Both the position numbers and the translations under genes were made by a program. Shown here one piece after another: positions 23,108-37,398 of a stretch of 64,000 nt of DNA. This DNA is from the human T2T-CHM13v2.0 reference genome, Homo sapiens: NCBI RefSeq assembly GCF_009914755.1, contig NC_060931.1. The stretch is one strand, 5' to 3'. Numbering within the stretch: position 1 is the stretch's first letter; every line of letters starts with the position of its first letter. The notes under the pieces were generated by a model that was not told the DNA's origin, searched no databases, and was given only the letters and a program-made list of their open reading frames with translations.

Positions 23108-24633
23108 CTTGTTTTCTTATTTCTAGTTTATAAATTAACTGTAATTTAATATCTCGAAATAAACTCTTATGAGATAGCACAGTACACACAAAGTAGTACC
23201 TAACAACAATCATTAGATGTATATTCTTTTATGTGTATTTGATAATAATCTTATCAATAACGTAGTATCAATCACTTTCATCTACATTTTATAAAAATGA
23301 TGGTTTTAAACATATTTCCCTTGGCCCTCCCAGGAAATTTTTATTACGCCTACTATATAGCTTATCATAATTTAGCCAGAACATTAAAAGAGATGAAAAT
23401 ACATGGTTTAACACATTGCCTCTATATTATCTAGCCTCATTTTATAGATAACATCTAAATATTTGTTTATCCTGTTCATTTTGCCAGCCTATTCACTTAT
23501 TCTTTTAGTAAGATACAGGTTTTATATCCATAATAAGAAAAAAAGCACTTTAACTTGTAGATGAATGTTACATTCTATAATGACTAAATTACTTGCTGAG
23601 CATATGTTTTCTTTAAGTGTTACTATATCATTTTAACAAATATACAGTGTTAATTTATGAAGAAATGCACAAATCATCAAAACACCCTACAATGACTTCA
23701 TAATATGTCTGTGAAATGCTGTTTATCCATTTCATTGCTTTATTTATATGAAGTAGCAATGACATTTGCCAACCAGCTGTAGTGATAACAGGTGTGCGTG
23801 CCCCCTGGCTATCCTACAGATACATTCCTGCTAAGTGGTAGTCTAATCACCCAAGCTCCATGGAAGACTAAATTTAAATCAGATGTTAATTGCCTCCAGA
23901 GTTCAGCTGATCTTTGCATTCAATTATCTCCCCCAAAGTCAAATGGAAAAAAATATCAGGAAATTGTATATGAAATTCACAACTGCTTCAGAAAAATAGG
24001 TTTACAAACCATGTACTTTTATAAAGACAGAAAATTCTCATTTTCCATTGTAATATTGATTCAATATCTTTTCTGATGTTAGCTTCACCAAATGATTTCT
24101 ATAATATCTAAAAAAATCTCATTTATAACTATTTGCCATTGCAAGCTTGTTTAAATAAAGACTGAATCTTTTCAAGCCCGTGTATTTAGCACTGTCTAGC
24201 AGAGTCTGTACCCCACAGAAGATCCTCCATACATCTATGCCAACCTACCTCAGAAACTTACTATACACATGCACTTGAGCAAGTTATTTCTTTTCTGTTT
24301 TCTTTCTTTCTCAATGAACTTATTATCTAACTTTTCCAACTCCTCTTCCTCAGTCTTCCCCTTAAATATTCATATTCCACAATGGACAATTAATGGGACT
24401 ACCATATTCTCTCCTTAATCCCTCTGTTCCTGAGCCAATTTATCTAATGTCACCTCTTTGTAGCTGGCTTCTCACTCTATCTCTGCTGCCCTGACCTCTC
24501 TCAAGTTTCAAACTCAGTTTTCCTACTCCACGTTGGCTACACTGGATTCTTTATGGCAATCTCTAATTCCATCCACCATCACACTTCCCATCAGTGTGTC
24601 TGCTTTTGATTTTTCAAATGTACCTTATTTTTG

Positions 24634-24925
<292 letters not shown>

Positions 24926-26963
24926 TCAATAAAAATCCATATCTTATCTTTCTCTAGTATGTTAATGGACATATGAACTCAAAACTTTCAGAATAAGCTT
25001 GATTTTTTTCATTCATTTTCCTATTCTTCCTTAGCCCTCAAATGATCCACCTTTATTTAAACTATTTCAGCTCTCTAATTCTTTTTCTGATAAAAATTTT
25101 CAGCATAATAATCTTTATATATTTGTTACTATGTAATGAATTATTATTCTATATTAAATTACACTTCCAAATTTCATAGTGGGAATATGGTAACCAAGAA
25201 TTGGTGACAAGTCTACATATACTCTAATCATATTGTTTGTTATTTTTCCATATTTGCTCCCTTGTTTTATATAAAATAACAATGTCAAAAAATGTCCTTT
25301 AATTGTACTGATGAATTTATACTTTTTATTAGAAACAAAGAGTGAAAATTGCTTTCTTGGCCCAGTGCTATTAGTTATTTTTAAAAAGGACATTGCATAA
25401 AAAACCATTAAATTTCTGGACACATGCACACACAAAATAATACTGTTACAAATGTCTATTCTAATACCAGGCCAAATTAAAAGCCAGGAGTTGCAAATGT
25501 CCTAAACAGAATAATCTATCAACCCACTTGTGAAGATGAAATCAACTGCTATAGGGTAGAAATGGTACTAAATACTTGATACCATACAGCCAGTCCCAGT
25601 TTTCATTTGCCACACAATTCTTTGTGAAAGAAAATAAATTACAATTAGTTAAAACCCATTCAATTATGAGAAACCTATTTCATACTCTCATTTTCTGTCA
25701 TGAAATACATGTCTATAAACCCATCTTTTTATTTTATTATCATTACTACTTTTTAAATTTAGACCCACACTGAGTAAAAGTGCTCAGATATAATTGAAGA
25801 CTAGAAATATCATGTTTTTTTTTTCCTTTAAACTTCCATAACATAAAACAGGCAAACCAATTTTACCTAGATTAAAAAAAAATAAAAAGTTGCTGTCTGC
25901 CTAGTTTAATCCCAGCAAATTTTATATCAGAACAATAAATCCCTGAAAATGCAAGCTTCCAATGGAAACTTGTTAAATATTTAATCATAGGCCCTAGGCC
26001 CATAAGCATAAGCTCTATTCCTTATTCTTATTTATTTCAACAGTAACTTTTATTCTTTTTATGGAAGAGATCAAATGATGAAGAATAATCACTCATGTGA
26101 GTATATGTGTGCTTACCACGACTGCCACGGCAATATTGCTGCATATAGATTTAGTTGCGTAAGGATAAATTATAATGACTACTTCTGCCACAGAAAGCGA
26201 AGAAAATCTCTCCCCTCTATATTTGCTAGTCTTGAGAGATTTGAATAAAAATGCATATTTTGTGGATTGTTTTAGATTTATATTAAAAATAACAATATTT
26301 TAGCTATCAGAAGGTATTAATTAAATGTCCAAAACATATACAGCACTAATACAGAAATAGTGAACACATTAAAGTTAATTTGTATTCATCCTTTAGATAT
26401 TTGCTTAAATGTCACTTCCTTAAAGAAGCCTCCCTTAACCGTGCAGAATAGGATTATTCTTCTGATAGATATTTTCTAGAGACTTTTACTTTTGTTGTGT
26501 GGTGAATCTTAATGATGAAAAGCTGTCGAATTAGATTCTATTCTCCATAATGGCAGAAACTATGCCTATTCTGTTAATTTCTACATCCCAGTGGCTAATC
26601 TTGCCTTCACATATTAAGCACTCTATAAATAGAGTATCAAGGACTGCATTTACAAAAGGAAACTTGAAAATTTTGTGTGAATAGATGAAAAACTAGAATC
26701 ACGACAAAATAAAAAGAGGCTTCTGAACCCCCAAAATTTCTAGGACAAAGAAGAGGTCAAGAAAACTACTCAGCTACAAAATGGGGCATTTCCTATGGTA
26801 TAGGAAAGATGCCTTGGCATAATTAAAAGTTCAATGGGCAGAGTTAAAAGCAGCAGAGAAGGGAGTAGGAAAGGACCCTAATCAAGGAACCAGTGAGAGG
26901 TACTCTATCAAATTTTAGAATTACTAATAGCAAGTATCTGCTATGTGCCTCCCATTTCCCCTC

Positions 26964-27457
26964 TGTGAGAGTTAATTTTAAGTGTTAACTTGATTGGGCC
27001 ACATGTCCAGATAGCTGGTTAAACATTATTTGTGGGTGTGTCTGTGAAAGATTTTCCAGAAGACATTAGCATTTGAATTGGTGGTAAAACAGGTGGCCCT
27101 CTCCAATGCCAGTGGGCGTCGTCCACTGGGTTGAGGGGCTGAATAGAACAAAAAGGCAAAGAAAGGTTAATTAATGCTGCCCCACTGCTAGATCTCCTGT
27201 CCTTCGCATTACAAGTTCTTAAGTCTTCAGACAGGGACTGGAATCTGTACTCTCAGGTATCCAGCTCTCAGCTTTCCTGGGCCTCCAGGTTGCAAGCTTC
27301 AGAGAGCAGGTCCTGAAACCTCTCAGCCTCTATGATCATGTAAGCCAATATCTTATAATAAGAGACAGAGAGATCCAGAGAGAGAAAATAAAGAATATTT
27401 CTATTCTTTATATTTCCTTTTAGTTCTATTTTTTTGTGGAGAAACTTAACTAGCGTA
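26964..27457 (+). mobile_element. MLT2 (ERVL) solo LTR, inserted in MaLR internal-like sequence (~26700-27770)
   Basis: Start 'tgtgagagttaattttaagtgttaacttgattgggcc' and end 'gagaaacttaactag' match recalled MLT2 termini. Confidence 0.75.
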
Positions 27458-28497
27458 CCCTTTTTGTTCTTTGTAAGTAGAAGTGTCTGCTGTGCTATCC
27501 CATTCCTGAAAACTGTTGTAAGCTGGGTGATTTTGGGGCAGATAAATGGTCTCTTTAGACCATAGACTATAGGTCTTTAAATCAAACGAAACTATACTGA
27601 TTAACCAAACCCAAGGCACTTTGTTTACACCTAGACATGATTTACATGACAAGACCCTGAATCATGAACCTGATGTTATAATGGGATCAAATTTTGACAG
27701 AGGTCTTTGGAGGAGTGAGTGCGTTTTGCATAGCAGAAGACTATAAATAACTTATGGCCAAAAATCAGTCTGTGGAAATTTTAAAATATGTTTGTAAATT
27801 CTTAGGTAATCTTGCCATTGAGAGGTGGGGGTCAGTGTCTCCTTCCCTGGATTATGGTTGGACTTGTGACTACTTAAACATCAGAATATGATAAAAGTGA
27901 TGGATGTCACTGCAGAGACTAAATCATAAAATGCCACTCAGCCTCTGCTTTGCTGCAACATTCACAACAATATAATTTAAGATCTCCAACTATCCGGAAG
28001 CTCCATGCTGCAAGGTAACTCAAGCTGTGTGAAGAAGTCAAGTCTAGGTATGCCTGTCTATCATTCTAGCTAAGTCCATCCTTCAAATTATCTATTTGCA
28101 GTCATGTAAGTAATTATCAGTGTTTGTCAAAGTTTAGTGCATGGAACTTCAAGAGCCACTGAAATTTTCCTAAAAGATCTGTGAAATCAGAATTGTTTCT
28201 TAATGCTAACACACTCTATACTGTTTTCACTGTGTTGACATTTGAAGTGATGTGAAATTAGTGATAGGTAAAACCACTGGTGCCTTAGCATGAATCAGTA
28301 CAGAGGCATCAAGCTGATATATTAATCTTAAAATTCTTCACTCCCATGTACTTGCAGGAAAAAAATGTCATTGTCATATCTTCATACATATCCTTGATGG
28401 TGCAGAAAAAAATAATTTTATGAAATAACTCTTTAATACTCATTTTTCTAACATTTTATGTGGCATGATGAATAGTATACATAAACTGTTTTTCTGC

Positions 28498-29215
28498 TGT
28501 TCTTGGCTGAATTGTGTTCCCCCAAGATTTAGATATTGAAGCCCTAACCCTCCATATTTCAGAAAGTGACAGTATTTGAAGATAACGCCTTTGAAGAGGT
28601 GCTTGAGTAAAAATGTGGTCTTTAGGGTGGGCTTTAATCCAATATATAGGTATTCTTTATTTTTATTTATTTATTTATTTTTGAGACAGAGGAGTCTCAT
28701 TCTGTAGCCCAGGCTGGAGTGCAGTGGTGCGATCTCAGCTCACTGCGCCTCCCAAGTTCAAGCAATTCTCCGGCCTCAGTCTCCCAAGTAGTTGAGATTA
28801 CAGGCATGTGCCACCACACCTGGCTAATTTTTGTATTTTTAGTAGAGATGGGGTTTCACCATGTTGGCCAGGCTGGTCTTGAACTCCTGACCTCAAGTGA
28901 TCCACTCGCCTTGATCTCCCAAAGTGTTGGAATTACAGGTGTGTAATTTTAGGCCACTGTGCCCGGCCTAAAATGTAGGTATTCTTATAAGACATTAGGA
29001 CAGAGAAAGAGAGAGAGAGGTGCACATGCATGGAAGAAACCACTTAAGCATACAGTGAAAAGGTGACTATCCACAAGCCAAAGACAGAAGTCTCAGAGGA
29101 AACCAAATCTTCTGGCACCTTGATCTTTGACTTCTAGCCTTCAGAACTGGGAAGAAAGTAGATGAAACTACACAGTTGGTGATTTTTTTTATGATAGCCT
29201 TAGCAAACTATTAAA
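28498..29215 (+). mobile_element. MLT1A/B-like solo LTR within Charlie, containing an Alu
   Basis: Start 'ggctgaattgtgttcccccaa' and end 'gatagccttagcaaacta'. Confidence 0.8.
28658..28968 (-). mobile_element. AluS (Sz/Sx-like)
   Basis: Antisense Alu with (TTTA)n tail. TSD core TAGGTATTCTT at 28647-28657 and 28976-28986. Confidence 0.92.
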
Positions 29216-31879
29216 GCTGCATACTAAGTATGAAACTTGTCTCAAGGAAAAACACTTGTGCAATTGAATTGTGGGCTGGAATATGTGCTTTTTTCACGGA
29301 ACACCATTTTTACATGAAAGAATGAACCCAAAATCTATAGTTATTCAGCATTAGGTATTTGGAAGATATTTGCTTGAAAAAGAAAAGTATTATTTTAAGG
29401 AAAATAATTGACAGCATTGATTGTCAATGATAAATTTTGAGGTTTTATCTGCTATGAGTTTGACAGCTTCCTAAAGCACTTCTGATGAAATAGGTGATAA
29501 TTTTAATAAATGGTATTTTTTGATACTTTACAATGAAATATATCAGCATTTGGAAGACCTGCATAGCTTAGTGAAACAACATACTCAAATGACATGTGCG
29601 TGGCATTACAAAAACTATTTATGGGTAAAAGGCCCATTCAAGATTCATTCAAGTGTAAGATAGATTAATGGATTTTAATGTAGCAGAGTCCAAAAAAATC
29701 AGTAAGACAGTTTCAGATTTCATACTGCAACTGAACTTTCAGAAAATGCCTTCTGTCAAGCTTTGGTATCATATAAAAGGAAAATGTTCATAAATATCTG
29801 AAGAGCTATTAAAATATTACTTTATTTTCTAACTTTAAATCTATGAGAGGTCACATTTTCTTCATATACTTTAATTAAAACAACACACTGCAACACTGGA
29901 TGCAGAAGTACACATGAGAAACTGGCTGTTTCCTATTATGTCAGAGAGTAAAGCATTTTACCCAAATGGAAAACAAGGCCACCCCTCTCACAGTGTTTTG
30001 TTGGTCAGGAAAATAAAGATTTCTGTTAACACAGTTACATACAACACCAATTGGAGAGCTTATCATTTCTATTTTAATTAAATTGAAAAACAAGTACTTT
30101 AAAAGTTTTTTGTTTTAATTTCTAATATTGTGAATATTGATGGTTATAATCCACATAAACAAAGACCCTTTGGGCATCTTCAATAATTTTTAAACATGTA
30201 AAAGTGTTTTGAGTGCAAATTTTGAGAACTTCTGTTCCAGATGTTCTAGACAACAGCTGTCTGAGTCATCTCCAGTCCTTCGAGTGTTCTCAGATGAGGC
30301 CACAGATATCACAGAGCAGCTACAAACCATTTCTGTGGTGCTTTTTCTGAATTCCTGATCCACAGAATCTACGGCCATAAGCAATGGTGGTTGCTTCCTG
30401 GCACTTAGTGTGGGAGGTTTATTCTAACAAGGATAAGGAACTGAAACGGTAGCTTTGCATCTCTTGAATCTTCTACCCAACCCAAAAGTTTTTCTACATT
30501 CCTTGTGTGACTGTCATGCTTCCAGCTACAGAAGTTGGAAATGTGAGAGTTCTCTAGATTTCTCTCTTGGTTGGCCTGGTTTCGGTTTCCTGGGTTACCA
30601 ATTTGATAGATTCTACCTGTTAAGTAGCTAATGAAGTCCTTCACTTTTTCCATTTCTATAGCCAGAAATTTAATTCAGGAACTTATATCTCTCATTTTTG
30701 CAATTGCAATAGGCTTCTAATTGATCTTCCTAGCTCCAATTGCCCCTGTAGTCAGACTTGCATTTCATGTAAAAGTACTTTTTTTTTTCTTTAAAGAGTA
30801 AACTTGACATCATTAGCTCCTTGCAGGAAAGCCTTCAGTAGCTAGCTATCACATCGTAGGATAAAGAGTAAACTTTCTTTAAGAGGACAAATAAAGCTAA
30901 AGTAGTATGACTCTTACTGTCCATTTTTTCTCATCTTCATCATAAAATTGTCTGAAAGTCCAATATTTTTCTGTACTACCAGTAGCCTTTTAATAAACCA
31001 TGACTTCTAAAATCTTCATGCTAGGTACCTTTTCCTCTGCCATATCCTGCTTCACTTTGAAGGTGAATGTCAAAAATCTTCTTCTGGAGGCAACATTTTA
31101 CTCCAGAAGAATAAGTCAGAATTTGCCCTATGTATTGACATTATACCTGTTTCTACCTTTATTTATAGCATTTATCAGAATATACAATTATGCTATGCTG
31201 AGAGCTTACTGAGAAAAGAGACCATGTTCCATCTTTATATTTTTGAAATGCCATTATCTGTCATAGTGGCAAAAATAACTATAAAAATAATTTTCTGTAG
31301 TATGCAGTCATACAAGTATTTGAACATAATTTAGTCATCTTTAGTGGGGACATTATATTAAACAAAAATTCAAAGTTAAATGGTTAGAAATAGCCTTTAA
31401 ACAAGTCAATAATAATAATTTTAAAAAGCAGATTATTCACGCAGTCAGGGTAAATGTTCTTAATAAGATACCACGAGTTTCAGTAATTTTAACCTAAGAG
31501 CTATATACTGTCTTTTTTTTCTGCTGCTAAATATCTGCTTAATTTTACATTCCAGAACTGATTAATATTTTCATGTTTTCAAATATATAAAACTACATAG
31601 TGACAGTAACTAAATTCCATGTTCAAATGTGATTTTCAGTGCAATATTCATGCCTCAAATATGTATGTGGCATTTCATTTTAGCATACCACAATTATTCT
31701 CCATATATTGCCAACTGAACATCTATTTGCTTCCTAACAAATTTGATTTCAATTTGTGATGTAGAAAAAACATAAATAGAAGTAAGAAAATAGGGTTTTG
31801 AGCAGGGAAATGATATGCTGTGACTTAGGTTTTAAAAAGATCATTCTGGCAATGGTTTTAAAAATAGCCTGTAAAGGAA

Positions 31880-33590
31880 GTATATTGAATATCTTCTATT
31901 TGCACCTCCAGATTTAGTCTCCATCCTGCTCTCTGCCCCAGGAGTTTGTCCCATATGTACGGCATCAACTGACTTCCTTTCTTTCGGCTCTTAGTTGGGT
32001 ATGTCCAACAGAGGTACATTAGCTACCTCTTGAGTTTAGCCTCACATTCCCCTTTTCAGCTAGAGCTGAGCATTTACCTACAGGTTTTTAACTCACTGAG
32101 CATTTACCTAAAGGTTTTGACTTCCTTCCCTTTGGTAGCCTCTTGCTTCAAGCCCAAGCCTTGATAGTTCATTTACTGTGACATGAGATGACAGCAGAAG
32201 CCCACATGGTATTGCTACAAGCACAGTTGAAAGTGTGGAAGAAGTTAATACCCCGTGTTAACCCTCAAACAATGGGAAATGGGAGTGATGGATAAATGCT
32301 TTTTCCCATTAATCTTTTGCTGACCTATCTAAGAGTCATTCTGTGTGTTACCGAGAAGTCCCAAGAAGGATGAAGCCCCAGTTGCCTCTGGAGAGGACCA
32401 AATTCAGCAATGCACGTTTGTATTAACTTTTCCTTTTCTTATTTCATTCTTTCTGGTTCCTCCTACTCACTTCTTGTGTCACCTACTGAATGATATACCT
32501 GTAGGTGAGTATGTGTTTTAGTCATTGCTTTCACAAAAATCTGAAAGCCAAGATTAAGACACTAATAGGGAGGCACTGAGAGGAGATCTAGAAGCTATAA
32601 GAAGAGTGAGGTCAAGATAACTATTTCTTTGGCTTTTCTGAGAAGTCATTGTGGGTTTCCTCCATCTTGCTTGTAAGGTCAAATACAAATTAAAAATAAG
32701 GGGTTTCATACTCCCTTTTGCAAACAAAGAAAGAGACTTCCCTCCCCTCCCTTAGAGTATTTACTTAGAAAACTTGTAATTATATATTCTGTCTCTATCT
32801 ATTTGAAATGTATGTATATCTTTTTAAGACCTAGATAAGAGTTTTGCTAGCTTTTACCTCAAAAATGTCTTACTTAAATATGTGGGGACTATCTCTTTGA
32901 AATGTAGTCAAAGAAGATAGTGCTATTATCTTCAGATTTTAGTGGAAGGGTAACTAAGTAGGCACCTCACTGTAAGTTGCAAAACTATCTCCTGTCATTA
33001 AGAAATGTGAGGTTTAGTTTTCCCTCGTATATAATCAATTAACTAACACTGATGGCCACCCTAATAGCCAGGCAAATTTATGATGAAGTGTTTATGACAA
33101 ATGTTGCTGTCAAGTCCTCTTACTTGAGGACAAGTTATTATCTTGTGAATATATATGTATTATATTGAATAAAAGACTGAGTTTTTTTACTGTCTTTGAA
33201 ATCTCTTAGCAAATTGCCTATGATGCAAGTCATGTTCTAGTTTAATGCTTATTCAATAATAATTTTTTTTCCTTTTACCTTTGTAAAGAACTTTTCAGAA
33301 CTGACAGATTTTGTTTTTCATTATGTTTCACCAGCACTTCCAATAGCCATAGCCCCTACCATGTAGCTCTCCCCTGGGTCTGATAACTACTTCTTGTCCT
33401 AAATTCTCCAAGCCTGGGTGTGGTAATCACTCTCTATTTTTACTAGCCTCCAACTACTGCAATTTTTTCTTTTTTCTTTTTGCTTTTTCCCAACCATACC
33501 AACAACTTTATAAACATTTTATTAAATTCTTCTAATTAATAAATTTGAATGTGCTATTTCTTTCCTTTCAAGACCATGGCTAACAAAATA
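31880..33590. mobile_element. Nested old ERVL-type LTR fragments (LTR33/LTR16/LTR40-like)
   Basis: Degenerate ERVL LTR-like text around the younger LTR at 32672-33336. Subfamily not resolved. Confidence 0.45.
32672..33336 (+). mobile_element. ERV1 solo LTR (MER67-like)
   Basis: TG...CA termini and 'ccctcccctcccttagagtatttacttagaaaacttgtaatt'. Confidence 0.65.
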
Positions 33591-33632
33591 GAAGAGATTA
33601 AAAAGCAGAAAAGTTAGGTAGGATATTATTGT

Positions 33633-34365
33633 TGAAATCACTCTTGCGAAAATTATAGCAGTGAGAGAAATCTAACCTAACTGATTCCATCTTGCTTCTG
33701 GCCTCACAAGATAACTGCCTTTGTTAACTTTAAAACAAAGATAATAACAGTCCTTCTGGAAGCTAAACCCCTCCTTGCTTAGAGATTGAAATTGCCTTAT
33801 AAAATTAATTAAAGGTCACAAAATTAGGATTATGGGATAAATCTGAATTCTGCTAAGATATAGGCATCATTAAATGATAACTAACTATTGTTCTCCAGCT
33901 TCTCTTTCTATAATCATTTACTGTTCTGGAGGTCACAAAATTTGTATCTTCCCCAATTACTCCAATATATAACATAACTATTATCAAAACCTAAGATTGA
34001 CATTTGAGATGTTTTTCAGACTCTTGCATTCTGACAACTGACTGACTCCACCTGAACCTCTGACTTACAACAAGGAAATGGCTCCCACCCAGAAACTGAC
34101 TCAGTATGTGAAAACAGTTTGGACACTTCCATGAATTCATCCCCAACCAATCAGCAGTATTCATTTCTTAGAACCCTGGCCATCAAATTATCTTTAGAAA
34201 CCCAAGCCTCTGAGCTTTCAGGGAAGCAAATTTGAGAGATGTCTGTCATCCTTTTGCTTGGCTGGCCCCGAGATAATTAAACTCTTTCTTTGCTGCAATA
34301 TCTGTTGTTCTTAATGTATTGGCTTTTCTGGGCAGGAGGCAAAATGAACTCATTGAGTTGTTACA
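33633..34365 (+). mobile_element. LTR8-family (ERV1) solo LTR
   Basis: Start 'tgaaatcactcttgcgaaaattat...ctaacctaactgattccatcttgcttct' and end 'gttgttaca'. Confidence 0.8.
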
Positions 34366-34890
34366 TTATGTAATCCAAGTAAAATATAATAATGGCTGTT
34401 CAGTAGTAATGGGAGATGTAAGAAGTGGATGGATTATTCTTTAAAACAGAAAGAATCAACTGGATTTGCTAATGGATGGCAATTTAATATGGTCTGTAAA
34501 AGAAAGAGAGCACACAAAAAAGACACCAAAATATTTGGATTCATTAACTAAAAGGATGGAATTCTCTTTTACTCAGATGGAAAATATTTGGAGAAAAACA
34601 TCTTTGCAGTAAGGGAAAACAAAAGCGTGTTCTTGTGCCTGTCAAATTTGAAAAGAGTATATGCTTTCCAGACATGGATGTTAAGTAGACTGTTCTATGC
34701 ACCAGTTCAGGGTAGAAGTTCAGGCTGGAAGGATGAGTATGTGGGCATCAGTTTAGAGATCTGAAAATCTTGGGGATGAATCAGATCACCAAGACAATGT
34801 GTATGAACAAAGAAAGACGATATTCAAAGACTGATCTCTGGGCTACTCCAAAGTTTAAAGCTTTGGGAGGAAACAGAAAATATAAGTTGT
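34366..34890 (+). mobile_element. L2 LINE fragment (continues ~37400-37850 beyond the MST insertion)
   Basis: L2-like 'tggatttgctaatggatgg' and 'gttcagggtagaagttcaggctgga'. Confidence 0.6.
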
Positions 34891-34894
34891 CAGT

Positions 34895-37398
34895 TGTATT
34901 AGGTTGTTCTTATATATGAGACTGGATAATTTATATTTAAAAAGGAGGTTTAATTGGCTCACAGTTCTGCAGGCTTAAGGGAAGCATTGTGCTGCCATCT
35001 GCTTAGCTTCTAGGGAGGCTTCAGGAAACTTACAGTCATAGTAGAAGGTGGAGGAGGAATAGGCACCTAACATGGTGAAGGCAAAAGCAAACAAGAAAGA
35101 AAGTGGGGAGGGGAGTGACACACCCTTTTAAATGACTACCTATTATGTGAACTCAGAGCAAGAGCTCACTATCACCAAGAGGATGGCCCAAGCCATTCCA
35201 AGCCATTCATGGTGGATCATCCTCCATGATCCAAGTACCTCCCACAAGGCCCCACTTCCAACACTGAGCATTATATTTTAACATGAGATTTTGTCAGGGA
35301 CACATATTTAAACTGTATCAGTTTACACCTAGACCATCCCAAATCTCATCTCCTTTGTACATTTCAAAATACAATAATCTCTTCTCAATAGCCCCCTTAA
35401 ATTCTTAATCCATTCCAGCATTAACTCAAGTCTCAAGTTCAGTTCAAATCAAAAGTCTCATCTGAGATTTATTTTCTTCCACTTATGAGCCCGTAAATTC
35501 AAAACAAGTTATTTACTTCCAAGATACAATGTGAGTATAGGCACTGGGTAAACATTCCTTGCTCCAAAAAGGAGAAAAATCCCCCAAAGAAAGATGCTAC
35601 AGGACCCATGCAAATCTGAAATCCAGCAGGGCAGTAATTAAATCTTAAGACTCCAAAGTAATCTCCTTTGACTTCATACCCTGCATCCAGGGCACAGTGG
35701 TGCAAGAAGTAGGCTCCCAAAGCTCTGGGCAGCTCTGCTCCTGTGACTTTGCAGATTACATCCCCCATGACTACTCTCACAGGTTTTTGAGTGCCTGTAC
35801 TTTTCCAGGAGCAGGGCATAAGCTGCCAGTGGATCTACTATTCTGCTATTCTGGGGTCTAGAGGACAGCAGCCCACTTCTCACAGCTCCACTTGGCACGG
35901 CCCCAGTGGCAACACTGCATGTGGGCTCCAGCCTTACATTTCCACACTTCCCTAATAGAGGTTTTCTGTGGTGCCTCTGACCCTGCAGTAGGCTTTGATG
36001 TGCATCCAGGCTTTCTCATACAGCATTTGAAATACAGGCAGAGTCTATCAAGCATTTTTCACTCTTTACACTCTGCACACCCACAGGCTTAATACCACAT
36101 GGAAGCTGCCAAGGCTTATGGCTTGTACCCACCAGAGGAACAGCCCAAGCTGTTATCTGGGGCCCTTTGGGCTGAGACTGAATCCAGAGGTGCTGGTATG
36201 TGAGGAACAGTGTCCTGAGGCTACACAGAGCAGCAGGGCCCTGGGACTGGTCCCTGAAACCATTCATTCCTCCTAGGCATCAGGGCCTGTGATGACAGGT
36301 GCAGCTTGGAAAATTTCTAAAATGCCTTTGAGGCCTCCTTTCCATTATCTTGGCTATTAGCACTCGGCTCCTTTTTAGTTATGCAAATCTCTCTAGCAAG
36401 TGTTTGCTCAGCAGCCTGTTTGAATTCCTCTTCCCCCCAAAAAAGGTGTTTTTCTTTCTCTGCCACATGGCTAGGCTGCAAACTTTCCAAACGTTTATGC
36501 TCTGCTTCCCTTTTAAATATAAGTTCCAACTTTAACTCATTTCCTTGCTTCTGCATCTGACCATAGGCTGTTAGAAGTAGCCAAGTCACATCTTGAATGT
36601 TTTGCTGCATAGAATTTTTTTCTGCCAGATACCCTAAATCATCTCTCTTTAGTTCAAACTTCCACAGATCCCTAGGGCATGAACACAATGCAGCCAAACT
36701 CTTTGCTAAGCCATCACATGTGTGACCTTTGCTCTAGTTCCCAGTAAGTTCCTCATTTCCATCTGAGACCTCCTCAGCCTGAACTTCATGTCCAATTACT
36801 ATCAGCATTTTGGTCACAATCATTTAACCAGTCTCTAAGAAGTCCCAAACTTTCTCTCATCTTCCTGTCTTCTGAGCCCTCCAAACTCCTGTAACCTCTG
36901 CCCATTACACAGTTCCATAGCCACTTTCACATTTTCAGTTATCTTCATAACAGTGCCCCATTCCTCAGTACCAATTTTCTGTATTAAGCCATTCTTGCAT
37001 TGCTATAAAGAAATACCTGAGATTGGGTAATTTTTAAAGAAAATAGGTTTAATTGGCTCACAGTTCTGCAGGCTTTACAAGAAGCATGCTGCTGGCATCT
37101 GCTTGGCTTCTAGGGAGGATTCAGGAAGCTTACAGTCATGGCATAAGGTGAAAGAGAAATAGGCACCTTACAAGGCAAAAGCAGGAGCTAGTGCTGGGTC
37201 AGGTGCTACACACTTTTAAGTGTCAAGAACTTGTGTGAACTCAGAGGTAAAGCTCACTTACCACCAAGAGGATGGCCCAAGCCATTCATGAGGGATCTTC
37301 TCCATGAGCCAAACATGCACGACTGGGCGTCACCTCCAACATTGGGTATTACATTTCAACATGAGATTTGGGTGAGGAAAAATATCTAAACTATATTA
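34895..37398 (-). mobile_element. Complete MSTB-like MaLR element: LTR 34895-35320, internal 35321-36979, LTR 36980-37398
   Basis: Two homologous ~420-bp LTRs ('ggtttaattggctcacagttctgcaggc'). Internal degenerate MaLR ORF remnant at 36317-36697 (CPRDLWKFELKRDDLGYLAE). Confidence 0.92.

Larger units (their letters stand above)
28118..30234. mobile_element. Charlie1-like hAT DNA transposon remnant
   Basis: Degenerate TIRs 'cagtgtttgtcaaag' and 'ttttgagaacttctg'. Internal 'ttcactgtgttgacatttg...ggtaaaaccactggtgccttagc' matches recalled Charlie1. Confidence 0.8.
27770..30448 (+). mobile_element. MLT1G/H-like LTR split by a Charlie insertion (27770-28110 and 30235-30448)
   Basis: 5' 'tgtggaaattttaaaatatg...ccattgagaggtgggg' and 3' 'ctgaattcctgatccacagaatc...ataaggaactgaaac'. 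Confidence 0.7.
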
